Below, piece after piece: positions 1 to 11,282 of a stretch of 64,000 bases of DNA (positions are counted from its first letter, which is position 1; the number at the start of each line of letters is the position of its first letter). A program made the translations under genes and the position numbers. This DNA comes from Ilumatobacteraceae bacterium. GTDB taxonomy: Bacteria; Actinomycetota; Acidimicrobiia; Acidimicrobiales; Ilumatobacteraceae. Where the stretch lies: contig JANMTV010000051.1 in NCBI GenBank assembly GCA_031390905.1, positions 2,881 to 66,880 of the forward strand. The letters are read 5' to 3'. Below the pieces are notes generated by a model. That model did no database searches. It was given only the letters and a program-made list of their open reading frames with translations, and was not told the DNA's origin.

Positions 1-683
1 GACGACCGAGTGAAGGTCGAGAGGTACATGAAGTTGACGCGGTTGTCACCGTCGAACCAACCCATCAATCCATTCAGCGGGGTCTCGCCACCGCGGGCGA
101 TCCACCAGGTGATGACCAGCACGAAACCGACCACGCCGAACAACGTCTTGGCGATCCGCGTCGGACGCCACCCCGTGGCGGCCAACGCCACGAACGCCAA
201 CGGCCACATCACATACCACTGCTCTTCGACCGCCAGGCTCCACAGATGTCGCAACAGCGGAGGATCGCCAGGCTGGAAGTAGGGGACGTCGCCGACAATC
301 GTGCCCCAGTTGGCGAAGTAGAAGATCGACCAAGGAAGATCACGCCGCATCTGCGATGTCTGCTCAGCCGACCCGAATAACGCCGCCCAGATAGCCACCG
401 CCAGCAGCACCGCAAATAGAGCCGGGAACAGCCGTCTCGCCCGACGCAGCCAGAACTGCGGCAGCGAGACCCGCCCCGATTTCTCGCGCTCCTCGATCAG
501 CAGCGTGGTGATCAGGAAGCCTGACACGACAAAGAACACCTCGACACCGAGGAACCCGCCGTGAATCCAGGTGAACCCTCCGTGATAGAGCATCACGGCG
601 ATCACAGAGATCGCCCGTAACCCATCGAGACCCGGTTGTTGCCCCATCCCCGGTCGGGATGAGGTGGGGACCGGTCGCGTCAT
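1..683 (-). CDS. Acyltransferase-3 family membrane O-acyltransferase (OafA/OatA-like), runs off left edge
   Basis: Not in ORF track. Manual translation from ATG at 683: GLDGLRAISVIAVMLYH, GFLGVEVFFVVSGFLIT, FWLRRARRLFP, RHLWSLAVEEQWY, all family motifs. Confidence 0.92.
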   Translation of the reverse strand, partial: MTRPVPTSSRPGMGQQPGLDGLRAISVIAVMLYHGGFTWIHGGFLGVEVFFVVSGFLITTLLIEEREKSGRVSLPQFWLRRARRLFPALFAVLLAVAIWAALFGSAEQTSQMRRDLPWSIFYFANWGTIVGDVPYFQPGDPPLLRHLWSLAVEEQWYVMWPLAFVALAATGWRPTRIAKTLFGVVGFVLVITWWIARGGETPLNGLMGWFDGDNRVNFMYLSTFTRS

Positions 684-720
684 AGCGTCAGCCAGCCTAC
701 GACCTAGGGTTCGTCACGTG

Positions 721-1145
721 ATGTTCACCTCAGACGGCCACTCCTCGGCGCGGCAGGGCGCCCTCACCGGCATCGGAAACACGCCGATCGTTCGACTGTC
801 GAGCATCACCACATCCGACGACGCCGAGGTGTGGGTCAAACTCGAAGCGGCGAATCCGACCGGTTCCTACAAGGACCGGATGGCGCTTGCAATGATCGAG
901 GCGGCCGAGCGAGACGGTCGCCTGCAGCCTGGCCAGACCGTCGTCGAGTACACCGGCGGATCTACGGGAAGTTCGTTGGCGTTGGTGTGCGCAATCAAGG
1001 GCTACCCGCTTCGGATCGTGTCGTCGAACGCCTTCGCTGGAGAAAAGCTGGCAACGATGAGCGCCTTCGGGCCTAACTCGAAATCGTCGACAGCCCAGAG
1101 GGGATCACCCCGTCGCTGATTCCTCGGATGATGGAGCGAGCCAGC
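721..1145 (+). pseudogene. Truncated, frameshifted PLP-dependent cysteine synthase (CysK/CBS family)
   Basis: GNTPIVRL, KLEAANPTGSYKDRMA (PLP lysine), EYTGGSTG; frame break at ~1069-1076, homology resumes in another frame (LEIVDSPEGITPSLIPRMMERA) and is lost ~25 bp before the cysS stop. Confidence 0.8.
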
Positions 1146-1171
1146 CGAGTAGCCCGCTGGGTGAGCGAGTC

Positions 1172-2527
1172 TCAGCGGCGAACGGCAGTGCCGTCTTTGG
1201 TGGTTTCGACGGTCCATCCGGCCGATTGAAGGTCGGCACGAATCGCATCAGCAGCCGCGAAATCTTTGGCCGCGCGTGCGGTGTCGAGAGCTGCAGCCTG
1301 AGCCTCGACGTCGGCAGGGATCTCGCCGGATGCCTTCAGTTCGAGACCGAACGCACCGCAAATCTCGACAGCGGCGGCGACCAACGGACCCGCCGCGGCG
1401 TCACCTGCGTCGATCGCCGCGTTGGCTTGGCGAACGGTGTCGAACAGCAGTGCCGTGGCTTTCGGGGTGTCGAGGTCATCATCCATCGCTGCCCGAAACG
1501 CATCGATCACACCACCATCGGGTCGCGCTGCATCAACACGTGACGCTCGAGCGGCGAACGAGTCGAGCCCGTCCAACGCGTTGACCGCTGCGTCGATCGT
1601 GTCCTGCGAGATCCTGATCTGACTGCGGTAATGCGACTGAAGCAGAACCATCCGATACGCCCGCTGGTCATAGATCGCGATCAGGTCGAGCAGGTTTGCG
1701 ACGTTGCCGAGCGATTTCGACATCTTCTCGCCTTCGGCATCGACGATGAAGCCGTGGTGCATCCAATGATTGGCGAACGTTTTTCCGAGCGCGACTGCCT
1801 GGGCGCGCTCGTTCTCGTGATGCGGGAATCGCAAATACTGACCACCTCAATGCAGATCGAAACCCTCGCCAAGCAGGTCGAGGCTCATCACCACACATTC
1901 ACTATGCCAGCCGGGGCGTCCGTCCCCCCATGGTGAGGGCCACGATGGTTCGCCTGGCTTCGAGAACTTCCAGAGCGCGAAGTCGGACGGATGACGCTTT
2001 TGGTCGGCACCGAACACGTCGCGGTCGCCGCCCCCGGCGCGCATCTCGTCGAGCGATTGATGGGCCAGCAATCCGTAACCGTCGACCGATTCGACCGACA
2101 GGTAGACACCGTCATCCGTCATATAGGCGTGGTCAGCCGAGATCAGTTGACCGATCATCTCGACCATCTCTTCGACGTACTCGGTGGCGCGGGGGACATC
2201 GTCGGGGCGCTTGACGTTGATTCCGTCCATCGCCTCGAACCAAACCCGCTCGCACTTGGCGGTGATGTCCTGCCACGGGCGCCCTTCGCGCTCGGCGCGC
2301 TCCATGATCTTGTCTTCGATGTCGGTGACATTCGACACGAGCCGCACTTCGAGTCCGGACCATTCGAGGTAACGCCGCAGGATGTCGTAGACCAGCGTTG
2401 CCCGCCCGTGACCCAGATGCGGGGGCCCATACACGGTCGGCCCACACAGGTAGATGCTGACCTTCCCGGGTTCGCGCAACGCCAGCTCACGTACCTCTCG
2501 GGTCGCCGTGTCATACAAGTTCAGCAC
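1172..2527 (-). CDS. cysS: Cysteine--tRNA ligase with one in-frame TGA at 1847-1849
   Basis: ORFs 1847..2527 and 1172..1834 are in the same frame: CAT TGA GGT GGT CAG TAT TTG CGA TTC CCG CAT CAC = H*GGQYLRFPHH. Motifs LCGPTVY, HLGH, GRPGWHSEC, FPHHENE, KMSKS present. Confidence 0.93.
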
Positions 2528-2550
2528 GCCGGACAGCCTAGAGGCCGGGG

Positions 2551-3036
2551 TCAGGACGGACGGCGGAAGTTTGGGTTCTCTGGCATCTCGACGGCGGCCA
2601 GGTTGCCGTGCCAGGGGCCGGCGGACGCCCCGAGCCGCAGCGCCGTAATCGTGGCGTCGTGGGTGTTCTGGAATACGGCTTCCTCATCGTCAGCGTGGGG
2701 GCCGATCCACACCGAGGCGATCAGGCAGAAGTCGCCCGCAGGATCATCCATCTTGAGATCGAGTACCGCAGCCGCCACACCAGCCTGCCCGGCGCCGAGC
2801 GTCAACTCGGCGTGACGTTGATCCAACACACCCACAGCCGGAACCAGCAACGTAAACGGCACGACCGGAAGATTCGGCTTGGCGACAACGATGAACGGTG
2901 AATGCCCAGCGGTCGGCGTGGCCAGCGCAGTCGTCCATGCGTTGCCAACTGGACCTTCGCGTTCGCCGAGGACAGTGCTGACACGCACCGCTTCTGCGCC
3001 CTGCCCAGCCGAGCCTGAACCGATCTGTGGTGTCAT
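2551..3036 (-). CDS. Formaldehyde-activating enzyme (Fae)-like protein
   Basis: QIGSGSAGQGAEAVRVSTVLGEREGP, PFIVVAKPNLP, GAGQAGVAAAV, IASVWIGPHADD align by eye along the length of Fae; start ATG 3036 assumed. Confidence 0.75.
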   Translation of the reverse strand: MTPQIGSGSAGQGAEAVRVSTVLGEREGPVGNAWTTALATPTAGHSPFIVVAKPNLPVVPFTLLVPAVGVLDQRHAELTLGAGQAGVAAAVLDLKMDDPAGDFCLIASVWIGPHADDEEAVFQNTHDATITALRLGASAGPWHGNLAAVEMPENPNFRRPS

Positions 3037-3081
3037 GTGATCCTCCGGTAGGGCCAACCCCACTCCCGACTCTACGCTGAC

Positions 3082-5408
<2,327 letters not shown>

Positions 5409-5412
<4 letters not shown>

Positions 5413-5498
5413 GAGACTGACTTTCGGTGAGCGTCGAAGCGGAGCGGAGACGGCGAACTCGGCAGGCGAGTGCCAACGAGCCGATTGAGAACGGTCAT
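5409..5498 (-). CDS. Repeat-encoded mini-ORF 2 (29 aa, [29 protein letters not shown])
   Basis: TGA (5411-5409) overlaps ilvN ATG (5412-5410) as ATGA. Translation is inferred. Confidence 0.55.
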
Positions 5499-5584
5499 CA
5501 GACTGACTTTCGGTGGGCGGCGAAGCGGCGCGGAGACGGCGAACTCGGTAGGCGAGTGCCAACGAGCCGATTGATAGCGGTCAT
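5498..5584 (-). CDS. Repeat-encoded mini-ORF 1 (28 aa, [28 protein letters not shown])
   Basis: ATG (5584-5582) overlaps ilvB TGA as ATGA; its TGA overlaps mini-ORF 2 ATG as TGATG. Translation is inferred. Confidence 0.55.
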   Translation of the reverse strand: MTAINRLVGTRLPSSPSPRRFAAHRKSV

Positions 5585-7332
5585 GACAAGTACTCCCTGT
5601 TGGTCTGCTGAGATGGGTGGACGAGGAGGTCGTCGTTCGACTGACCGGCTGGAACCATCGGGAACACCTTCTCGTCGGAATCGGTACGGAACTCGACGAC
5701 GACCGTGCGGTCATTGATCGAGTTGGCCTTCTCGATCGCTGGTTCGACTTCCTCCGGCGACTCGACACGGATACCGACGCAACCCATCGCCTCGGCCCAC
5801 TTGACGTAGTCGGGGCACTCGGTCGACAGATAGACCTCGCTGTAGCGCTCGCCGTAGAACATCTCCTGCCACTGGCGGACCATCCCGAGGTAGCTGTTGT
5901 TCAGGAGGGCGACCTTGATCGGAATCCGCTCGACGGACGCGGTCACCAGCTCCTGGGCGGTCATCTGAAAGCAGCCGTCACCATCGACAGCCCACACCGT
6001 GCGGTCAGGGCGACCCACCTTGGCACCGATCGCGGCAGGGATCGAGAACCCCATCGTGCCGAGACCACCGGAGTTGACCCAGGTGTATGGCTCGTTGAAC
6101 TTCCAATGCAACGACGACCACATCTGATGCTGGCCGACACCGCTCGTCAGGATCGTGCCCTCCGGTGCCGCATCCCGCAACTTCTCGAGGCAGTACTGCG
6201 GCTTGAGCGCCGCACCGGGTTCTGACATCTCGAACGTGGTTGGGAACATTTCCTGCCAGCCGGAGATTCGGCTCCTCCAGGGGCCGATATCGGCTTGAAC
6301 AGCGTCACCGGCGAGCAGGTCGCGGATGGCGATGATCAGTTCCTCGGTGACCAGACGGCAGTCGCCGACGATCGGGACGTCCGGCTTGCGGACCTTGCCC
6401 TGTTCGGCTGGGTCGATGTCGACGTGGATGATCTTGGCGTCGGGCGCGAATGAGTTAACGCGGCCTGTGATCCGGTCGTCGAAACGGGCGCCAAGGGCGA
6501 TCAGGAGGTCGCTCTTCTGCATCGCCGTGGTCGCAGCGGCGGTGCCGTGCATGCCCGGCATGCCGAGGCATTGCGGATGATCGTCCGGGAACACTCCACG
6601 CGCCATCAGCGTGGTGACAACGTGGATGCCGGTTAGCTCAGCCAACTCACGGAGTGACTCTGCGGCGCGGGCCTTCAGCATCCCGCCACCGGCGTAGAGG
6701 ATCGGCCGCTCGGCTGCAAGGATCAGCCGGGCGGCTTCCTTGATCATGCGCGGGTGACCCTTGGTCGTCGGCCGGTAGCCCGGCAGCGAGGCGGCGACCT
6801 CGTCATCGGATGGCCAATACCAGGTCATCTCGTTCTGCAGGACATCCTTCGGGATGTCGACCAGAGTCGGGCCAGGGCGCCCGGTCGTGGCGATGTGGAA
6901 TGCCTGGCGAATCGCCATTGGCACGTCTTCGGCGCTCATCACGAGGTCATTGTGTTTGGTACACGAACGAGTGATCCCGACGGTATCGCATTCTTGGAAA
7001 GCGTCGGTCCCGATCGCAGACGTGGGGACCTGGCCGGTGATCGCCACCATCGGAATCGAATCCATGTAGGCGTCCATCAGCGGCGTGACCATGTTCGTCG
7101 CCGCAGGGCCCGAAGTCACCATCGCCACGCCGGGGCGCCCGGTCACGTGCGCATAGCCCTCGGCCATATGGCCAGCACCCTGCTCGTGACGCACCAGGAT
7201 GTGACGGATCGACGACTCCAGCAACGGGTCGTAGGCCGGGAGGATGCACCCGCCAGGGAGGCCGAACATGACGTCGACCTTTTCCTGTTCGAGTGATTTG
7301 ATCAGGGCTTGCGCCCCAGTCATTCTGGTCAT
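5581..7332 (-). CDS. ilvB: Acetolactate synthase large subunit
   Basis: [52 protein letters not shown]. Confidence 0.97.
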   Translation of the reverse strand: MTRMTGAQALIKSLEQEKVDVMFGLPGGCILPAYDPLLESSIRHILVRHEQGAGHMAEGYAHVTGRPGVAMVTSGPAATNMVTPLMDAYMDSIPMVAITGQVPTSAIGTDAFQECDTVGITRSCTKHNDLVMSAEDVPMAIRQAFHIATTGRPGPTLVDIPKDVLQNEMTWYWPSDDEVAASLPGYRPTTKGHPRMIKEAARLILAAERPILYAGGGMLKARAAESLRELAELTGIHVVTTLMARGVFPDDHPQCLGMPGMHGTAAATTAMQKSDLLIALGARFDDRITGRVNSFAPDAKIIHVDIDPAEQGKVRKPDVPIVGDCRLVTEELIIAIRDLLAGDAVQADIGPWRSRISGWQEMFPTTFEMSEPGAALKPQYCLEKLRDAAPEGTILTSGVGQHQMWSSLHWKFNEPYTWVNSGGLGTMGFSIPAAIGAKVGRPDRTVWAVDGDGCFQMTAQELVTASVERIPIKVALLNNSYLGMVRQWQEMFYGERYSEVYLSTECPDYVKWAEAMGCVGIRVESPEEVEPAIEKANSINDRTVVVEFRTDSDEKVFPMVPAGQSNDDLLVHPSQQTNREYLS

Positions 7333-7390
7333 TGCGAACTCCGTCGTTCTGGGAGGTATTGCAGCTGTTGCAAGAGGGTGATTTGGGCCG

Positions 7391-7420
7391 AAAAACGAAA
7401 CAACCTCCCGGCTGGGAGGT
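7391..7420 (-). terminator. Intrinsic terminator of the ilvB attenuator
   Basis: Minus strand ACCTCCC-AGCC-GGGAGGT followed by TGTTTCGTTTTT, ~60 bp before ilvB. Confidence 0.85.
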
Positions 7421-7452
7421 CATGGTGCACACGCGGCTATGTCGCCGGTGTG

Positions 7453-7494
7453 CTACCGGATAAGTACTACGAGAGTGTTGGACTCGGCACGCAT
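7453..7494 (-). promoter_or_regulatory. ilvB operon leader peptide MRAESNTLVVLIR
   Basis: ATG CGT GCC GAG TCC AAC ACT CTC GTA GTA CTT ATC CGG TAG: five consecutive Leu/Val/Ile codons just upstream of a terminator. Confidence 0.85.
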
Positions 7495-7555
7495 CGCCGA
7501 CAAGTGTGCCAGAACTCGCGCCAGAACACAAGCGTTCAGTCAATAAGGTGCGGAG

Positions 7556-8248
7556 ATGCGCGTCGAGGAAATTTGGCGGTATCCGGTCAAGTCGCTTGGC
7601 GGCGAACGGCTCACGTCTGCTGACGTCGACCGGTTCGGAATCACCGGCGATCGGGGATGGGCGATCTTCGACATACAAACTGGCCTGGCGCTCACGGGGC
7701 GCCGCCAGCCGGAACTACTGATGGCGAGCGCTCGCTACGCGGAAGGTCGACCCACAATCTCGCTCGCCGACGGGACCGAACTGGTCAATGACGATGACCT
7801 ATCGGCTTGGCTCGGCCACCCGGTCGAACTGCGCTCGGCTGCCGAGACAACAGCAACGTTCGAGAACCCGATCAACGTCGAGGACGAATCGGACTGGGTG
7901 CACTGGAACAGCGCCGACGGCACTTTTCACGACGGCGGGTCGAAGATCTCGCTCGTCTCGCATGACTCGCTTGGAGTGCATGACGGTCGCCGATTCCGAA
8001 TCAACCTGATCCTCGACGGAGTCGGGGAGGACGACCTCGTTGGCGCGGTTCAAGTCGGTACTGCCGTACTCACGATTCGCCAACCGATCGAACGTTGCAT
8101 CATGGTCACGCGAGCCCAACCCGGGTTGCCACGTGATCTCGACGTGCTCAAACAGGTCATCCGTGAACGCAACAATTTGATGGGTGTCGGCGCAGTTATC
8201 GCGGTCGACGGGACGATCTCGACTGGTGATTTTGTCACGACAATGTGA
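7556..8248 (+). CDS. MOSC domain protein
   Basis: IWRYPVKSLGGE, GDRGWA, RRFRINLIL, ERCIMVTRAQ. Confidence 0.85.
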   Translation: MRVEEIWRYPVKSLGGERLTSADVDRFGITGDRGWAIFDIQTGLALTGRRQPELLMASARYAEGRPTISLADGTELVNDDDLSAWLGHPVELRSAAETTATFENPINVEDESDWVHWNSADGTFHDGGSKISLVSHDSLGVHDGRRFRINLILDGVGEDDLVGAVQVGTAVLTIRQPIERCIMVTRAQPGLPRDLDVLKQVIRERNNLMGVGAVIAVDGTISTGDFVTTM

Positions 8249-8251
8249 CAT

Positions 8252-9616
8252 GTGGAAGCGAATGTCACGTCGCCTAGCCTCGGGCGCGTGACAGTTCCCG
8301 ATACACCCACCGTGCAGCCAGCGACCGGTCGACTCGGCGTCTTGACGGTCGGCCTCGGCGCCGTCGCTACCACGTTGATCGCCGGTGTCGAGTTGGCGCG
8401 TCGTGGTCAGGCCGCCCCGATTGGTTCGCTGACGCAGATGGACACGATCCGGCTCGGGAAGCGGACCGACAATCGTTCACCGCTGATCAAGGATTTTGTT
8501 CCGCTCGCCAGCCTCGACGACATCGTGTTCGGTTCCTGGGATCCGTTCCCCGACGATGCCTACGTCGCCGCCCAGCGAGCCGGCGTACTCGAATCCGGCA
8601 AGCATTTGGAAGGTATCTCCGATGCGTTGCGTGACGTGCGCCCGATGAAGGCTGCTTTCGACCGTGAGTACGTCAAACGCCTCGACGCCGACAACACGAT
8701 CGGCACGATCGACAAGCGATCGATGCTCAACGCCATCCGAGAAGACATCAACCGTTTCCGCGACGAGAAGCAGGTCGACCGGGTCGTCATGCTGTGGGCG
8801 GCCTCGACCGAGATCTTCATCGAGCCGGGCCCGCAACACCAGAACCTCGATGCGTTCGAGGCGGCGATCGACGCCAACGATCCGATGATCGCTCCGTCGA
8901 TGCTGTACGCATACGCATCGATCCTCGAAGGCGTTCCGTTCGCCAATGGCGCACCAAACCTGACTGTCGACATCCCTGTGCTGCGTGACCTCGCCGTGGC
9001 ACGTGGCGTGCCGATCTCCGGCAAGGACTTCAAGACCGGCCAGACATTGATCAAGACCGTGCTCGGACCGATGTTGAAGGCCCGCATGCTTGGGTTGTCG
9101 GGTTGGTACTCGACCAACATCCTCGGCAACCGTGACGGCGAGGTGCTCGACGATCCCGACAACTTCAAGACCAAGGAAGAATCGAAGCTCGGCGTGCTCG
9201 AACACATCCTCGACGCCGAACGGTTCCCAGATCTGTACGGCGACGTGTACCACAAAGTGCGGATCAACTATTACCCGCCACGTGGCGACAACAAGGAGGG
9301 CTGGGACAACATCGACCTGTTCGGTTGGCTCGGTTACCCGATGCAGCTCAAGGTTGACTTCTTGTGCCGTGACTCGATCCTCGCTGCCCCGCTGGCGCTC
9401 GACCTCGTGCTGTTCTCAGACCTTGCGCAACGCGCCGGGCTGAGTGGCATCCAGGAGTGGCTGAGCTTCTACTACAAAGCCCCGATGGTCGCCCCCGGCC
9501 TCTACCCTGAACACGACCTATTCATCCAGTTGACGAAGCTGAAAAACACCCTGCGCTGGATGATGGGCGAAGACCAAATCACCCACCTCGGCCGCGAATA
9601 CTACGAGGCAGGCTGA
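8252..9616 (+). CDS. ino1: myo-Inositol-1-phosphate synthase
   Basis: GLGAVATT, GKDFKTGQT, STNILGNRDG, GDNKEGWD, RDSILAAP, WLSFYYKAP. Confidence 0.93.
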   Translation: MEANVTSPSLGRVTVPDTPTVQPATGRLGVLTVGLGAVATTLIAGVELARRGQAAPIGSLTQMDTIRLGKRTDNRSPLIKDFVPLASLDDIVFGSWDPFPDDAYVAAQRAGVLESGKHLEGISDALRDVRPMKAAFDREYVKRLDADNTIGTIDKRSMLNAIREDINRFRDEKQVDRVVMLWAASTEIFIEPGPQHQNLDAFEAAIDANDPMIAPSMLYAYASILEGVPFANGAPNLTVDIPVLRDLAVARGVPISGKDFKTGQTLIKTVLGPMLKARMLGLSGWYSTNILGNRDGEVLDDPDNFKTKEESKLGVLEHILDAERFPDLYGDVYHKVRINYYPPRGDNKEGWDNIDLFGWLGYPMQLKVDFLCRDSILAAPLALDLVLFSDLAQRAGLSGIQEWLSFYYKAPMVAPGLYPEHDLFIQLTKLKNTLRWMMGEDQITHLGREYYEAG

Positions 9617-9646
9617 CGGCTCGCCGGCAACCGGGCGTGCGCCGTT

Positions 9647-10132
9647 TCAGCGAGCGCCGAAAAACATGTCCGAATCGGTCACAACGATGTCGAGTGACAC
9701 GTCATGCGGTTCAGTCGGTAGGTCATCGACAACCTGCGGTTGGAAGCAGACCCCGATCGCGAGGCACTCGTCGCGGACCCGCGAGAGAAATCGGTCGTAA
9801 AATCCGCCGCCCTGCCCGAGGCGACCACCAAAGATCGTGAACGCCGTACCCGGCACGATCACCACATCAACAATCGTGGGGTCCGGCGTCGGGTCGTCCT
9901 CGGGCACCACGACACGCTTACCCTGAGCTTCGCACCAGTCGATGAACGGCTGGGTGATCGGTTCGCCGAGCACCGACGTGAACACCATCACGACCCCGGC
10001 ATCGTTGATCGCCGGAAGGGTCTGGACACGCGCCCAGATCTGTTCGGAACGCTCAGCCTGATCGGGAAGTGCCTTGCGGATCGCTCGCATTCGGCGACGC
10101 AGGTCACGTTTGGCGTCGATCGGTGTCTCCAC
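9647..10132 (-). CDS. 5-formyltetrahydrofolate cyclo-ligase
   Basis: VVIVPGTAF, RLGQGGGFYDRFL, EPHDVSLD; GTG start assumed. Confidence 0.88.
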   Translation of the reverse strand: METPIDAKRDLRRRMRAIRKALPDQAERSEQIWARVQTLPAINDAGVVMVFTSVLGEPITQPFIDWCEAQGKRVVVPEDDPTPDPTIVDVVIVPGTAFTIFGGRLGQGGGFYDRFLSRVRDECLAIGVCFQPQVVDDLPTEPHDVSLDIVVTDSDMFFGAR

Positions 10133-10146
10133 GGCTCCGCAATCTA

Positions 10147-10725
10147 ATGTCAATCCCCGTGAGCGATACCAACACACCAATCGGCACACCAATCGGCACA
10201 CCAATCGGCACACCAATCAACTCGGCATTTGACGGAAAGCAGTTTCGAACGGTGCTCGGTCACTTCCCAACAGGGGTGACGATCGTGTCGGGGATCGATG
10301 GAAACGAGCCTGTCGGATTCACCATCGGTTCCTTTACGTCGGTGTCGCTCGACCCTCCGATGGTCGGCTTTCTTCCCCAAACGAACAGTACGACGTGGGC
10401 GGCGATGCAAGCGTCTGGCAGATTCTGCGTCAACGTGTTGAGTCGCGAACAGACCGATCTGTGTTGGAAGTTCGCCAAGACCGGCAACGAATCCGAACGA
10501 TTCGACGGGGTCGCCTGGCATGCGGGCCCGACCGGTTCGCCAATCATTGACCGAGCAGTGGCATGGATCGACTGTGAGGTTGCCGAGGTTCACGAGATGG
10601 GGGACCACTTGTTCGTGTTGGGTCGAGTTGTCGCGCTGGCCGCCGATGCCGACGTAGACGGCATCGCTCCGATGCCACTCCTGTTCTTCCGAGGCACACT
10701 CGGCGGATTCAACGCCGAAGGATGA
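10147..10725 (+). CDS. Flavin reductase family protein (HpaC/NtaB-like)
   Basis: FRTVLGHFPTGVTIV, FTSVSLDPP, FCVNVL, GDHLFVLGRV, PLLFFRG. Confidence 0.9.
   Translation: MSIPVSDTNTPIGTPIGTPIGTPINSAFDGKQFRTVLGHFPTGVTIVSGIDGNEPVGFTIGSFTSVSLDPPMVGFLPQTNSTTWAAMQASGRFCVNVLSREQTDLCWKFAKTGNESERFDGVAWHAGPTGSPIIDRAVAWIDCEVAEVHEMGDHLFVLGRVVALAADADVDGIAPMPLLFFRGTLGGFNAEG
10174..10218 (+). repeat. 12-bp tandem repeat ACACCAATCGGC x3.75, encoding TPIG repeats
   Basis: Direct reading of sequence. Confidence 0.95.
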
Positions 10726-11111
10726 GCCGTCCACTGAGCCGACCACGGGATCGTATGGTGGCGGTTGCGGTTTTCTGCGACGTGTTCGCTGTCGTCGTGT
10801 TTGTCGCCATCGGGCGTCGAAACCATGACGAGGGGTCGGCGCTGCGCAGCGTGCTCGAGACAGCGTTGCCGTTTCTGGTCGCGCTTGGCGCTGCATGGTT
10901 GATTGCGCGCGCCTGGCGTCACCCGATGGCTCTGCTGACAGGCATCACGATCTGGCCGATCACCGTGCTGGCTGGGATGGTGACACGTCGGGTCGTGTTC
11001 GACCGCGGGACCGCAACATCGTTCGTGATCGTCGCCACAGTCTTTCTGGGCGTGTGCTTCGTCGGCTGGCGCGCCATCGCACAACGAGTTAGTCGGGTTC
11101 GCGCAGTTTGA
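10722..11111 (+). CDS. DUF3054-like membrane protein
   Basis: DVFAVVVFVAIGRRNH, TALPFL, four hydrophobic segments. Confidence 0.75.
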   Translation: MSRPLSRPRDRMVAVAVFCDVFAVVVFVAIGRRNHDEGSALRSVLETALPFLVALGAAWLIARAWRHPMALLTGITIWPITVLAGMVTRRVVFDRGTATSFVIVATVFLGVCFVGWRAIAQRVSRVRAV

Positions 11112-11274
11112 CGTAGGCAGCCAGCAGCAGACCGAGCAGGACGATCCAGACGATGAAACGGACGAGGAATCGGATCGTGCCGACGACCACACCGAGCAAC
11201 CAGAACACCAGGACCGCAATGATCACCCAACCAACAAGCGACGCCAGCAGCGACTTCGGTGATGTCTTGCTCAT
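11089..11274 (-). CDS. Small membrane protein (61 aa)
   Basis: Two hydrophobic helices; fills the gap after ilvD on the same strand. Confidence 0.6.
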   Translation of the reverse strand: MSKTSPKSLLASLVGWVIIAVLVFWLLGVVVGTIRFLVRFIVWIVLLGLLLAAYVKLREPD

Positions 11275-11282
11275 ACGAACCG

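Noticed and set aside
1847-1849. Genome-wide UGA recoding (genetic code 4/25)
   Set aside because: TGA ends many genes at their expected C-termini (ilvB, ino1, hpaD, cysS itself).
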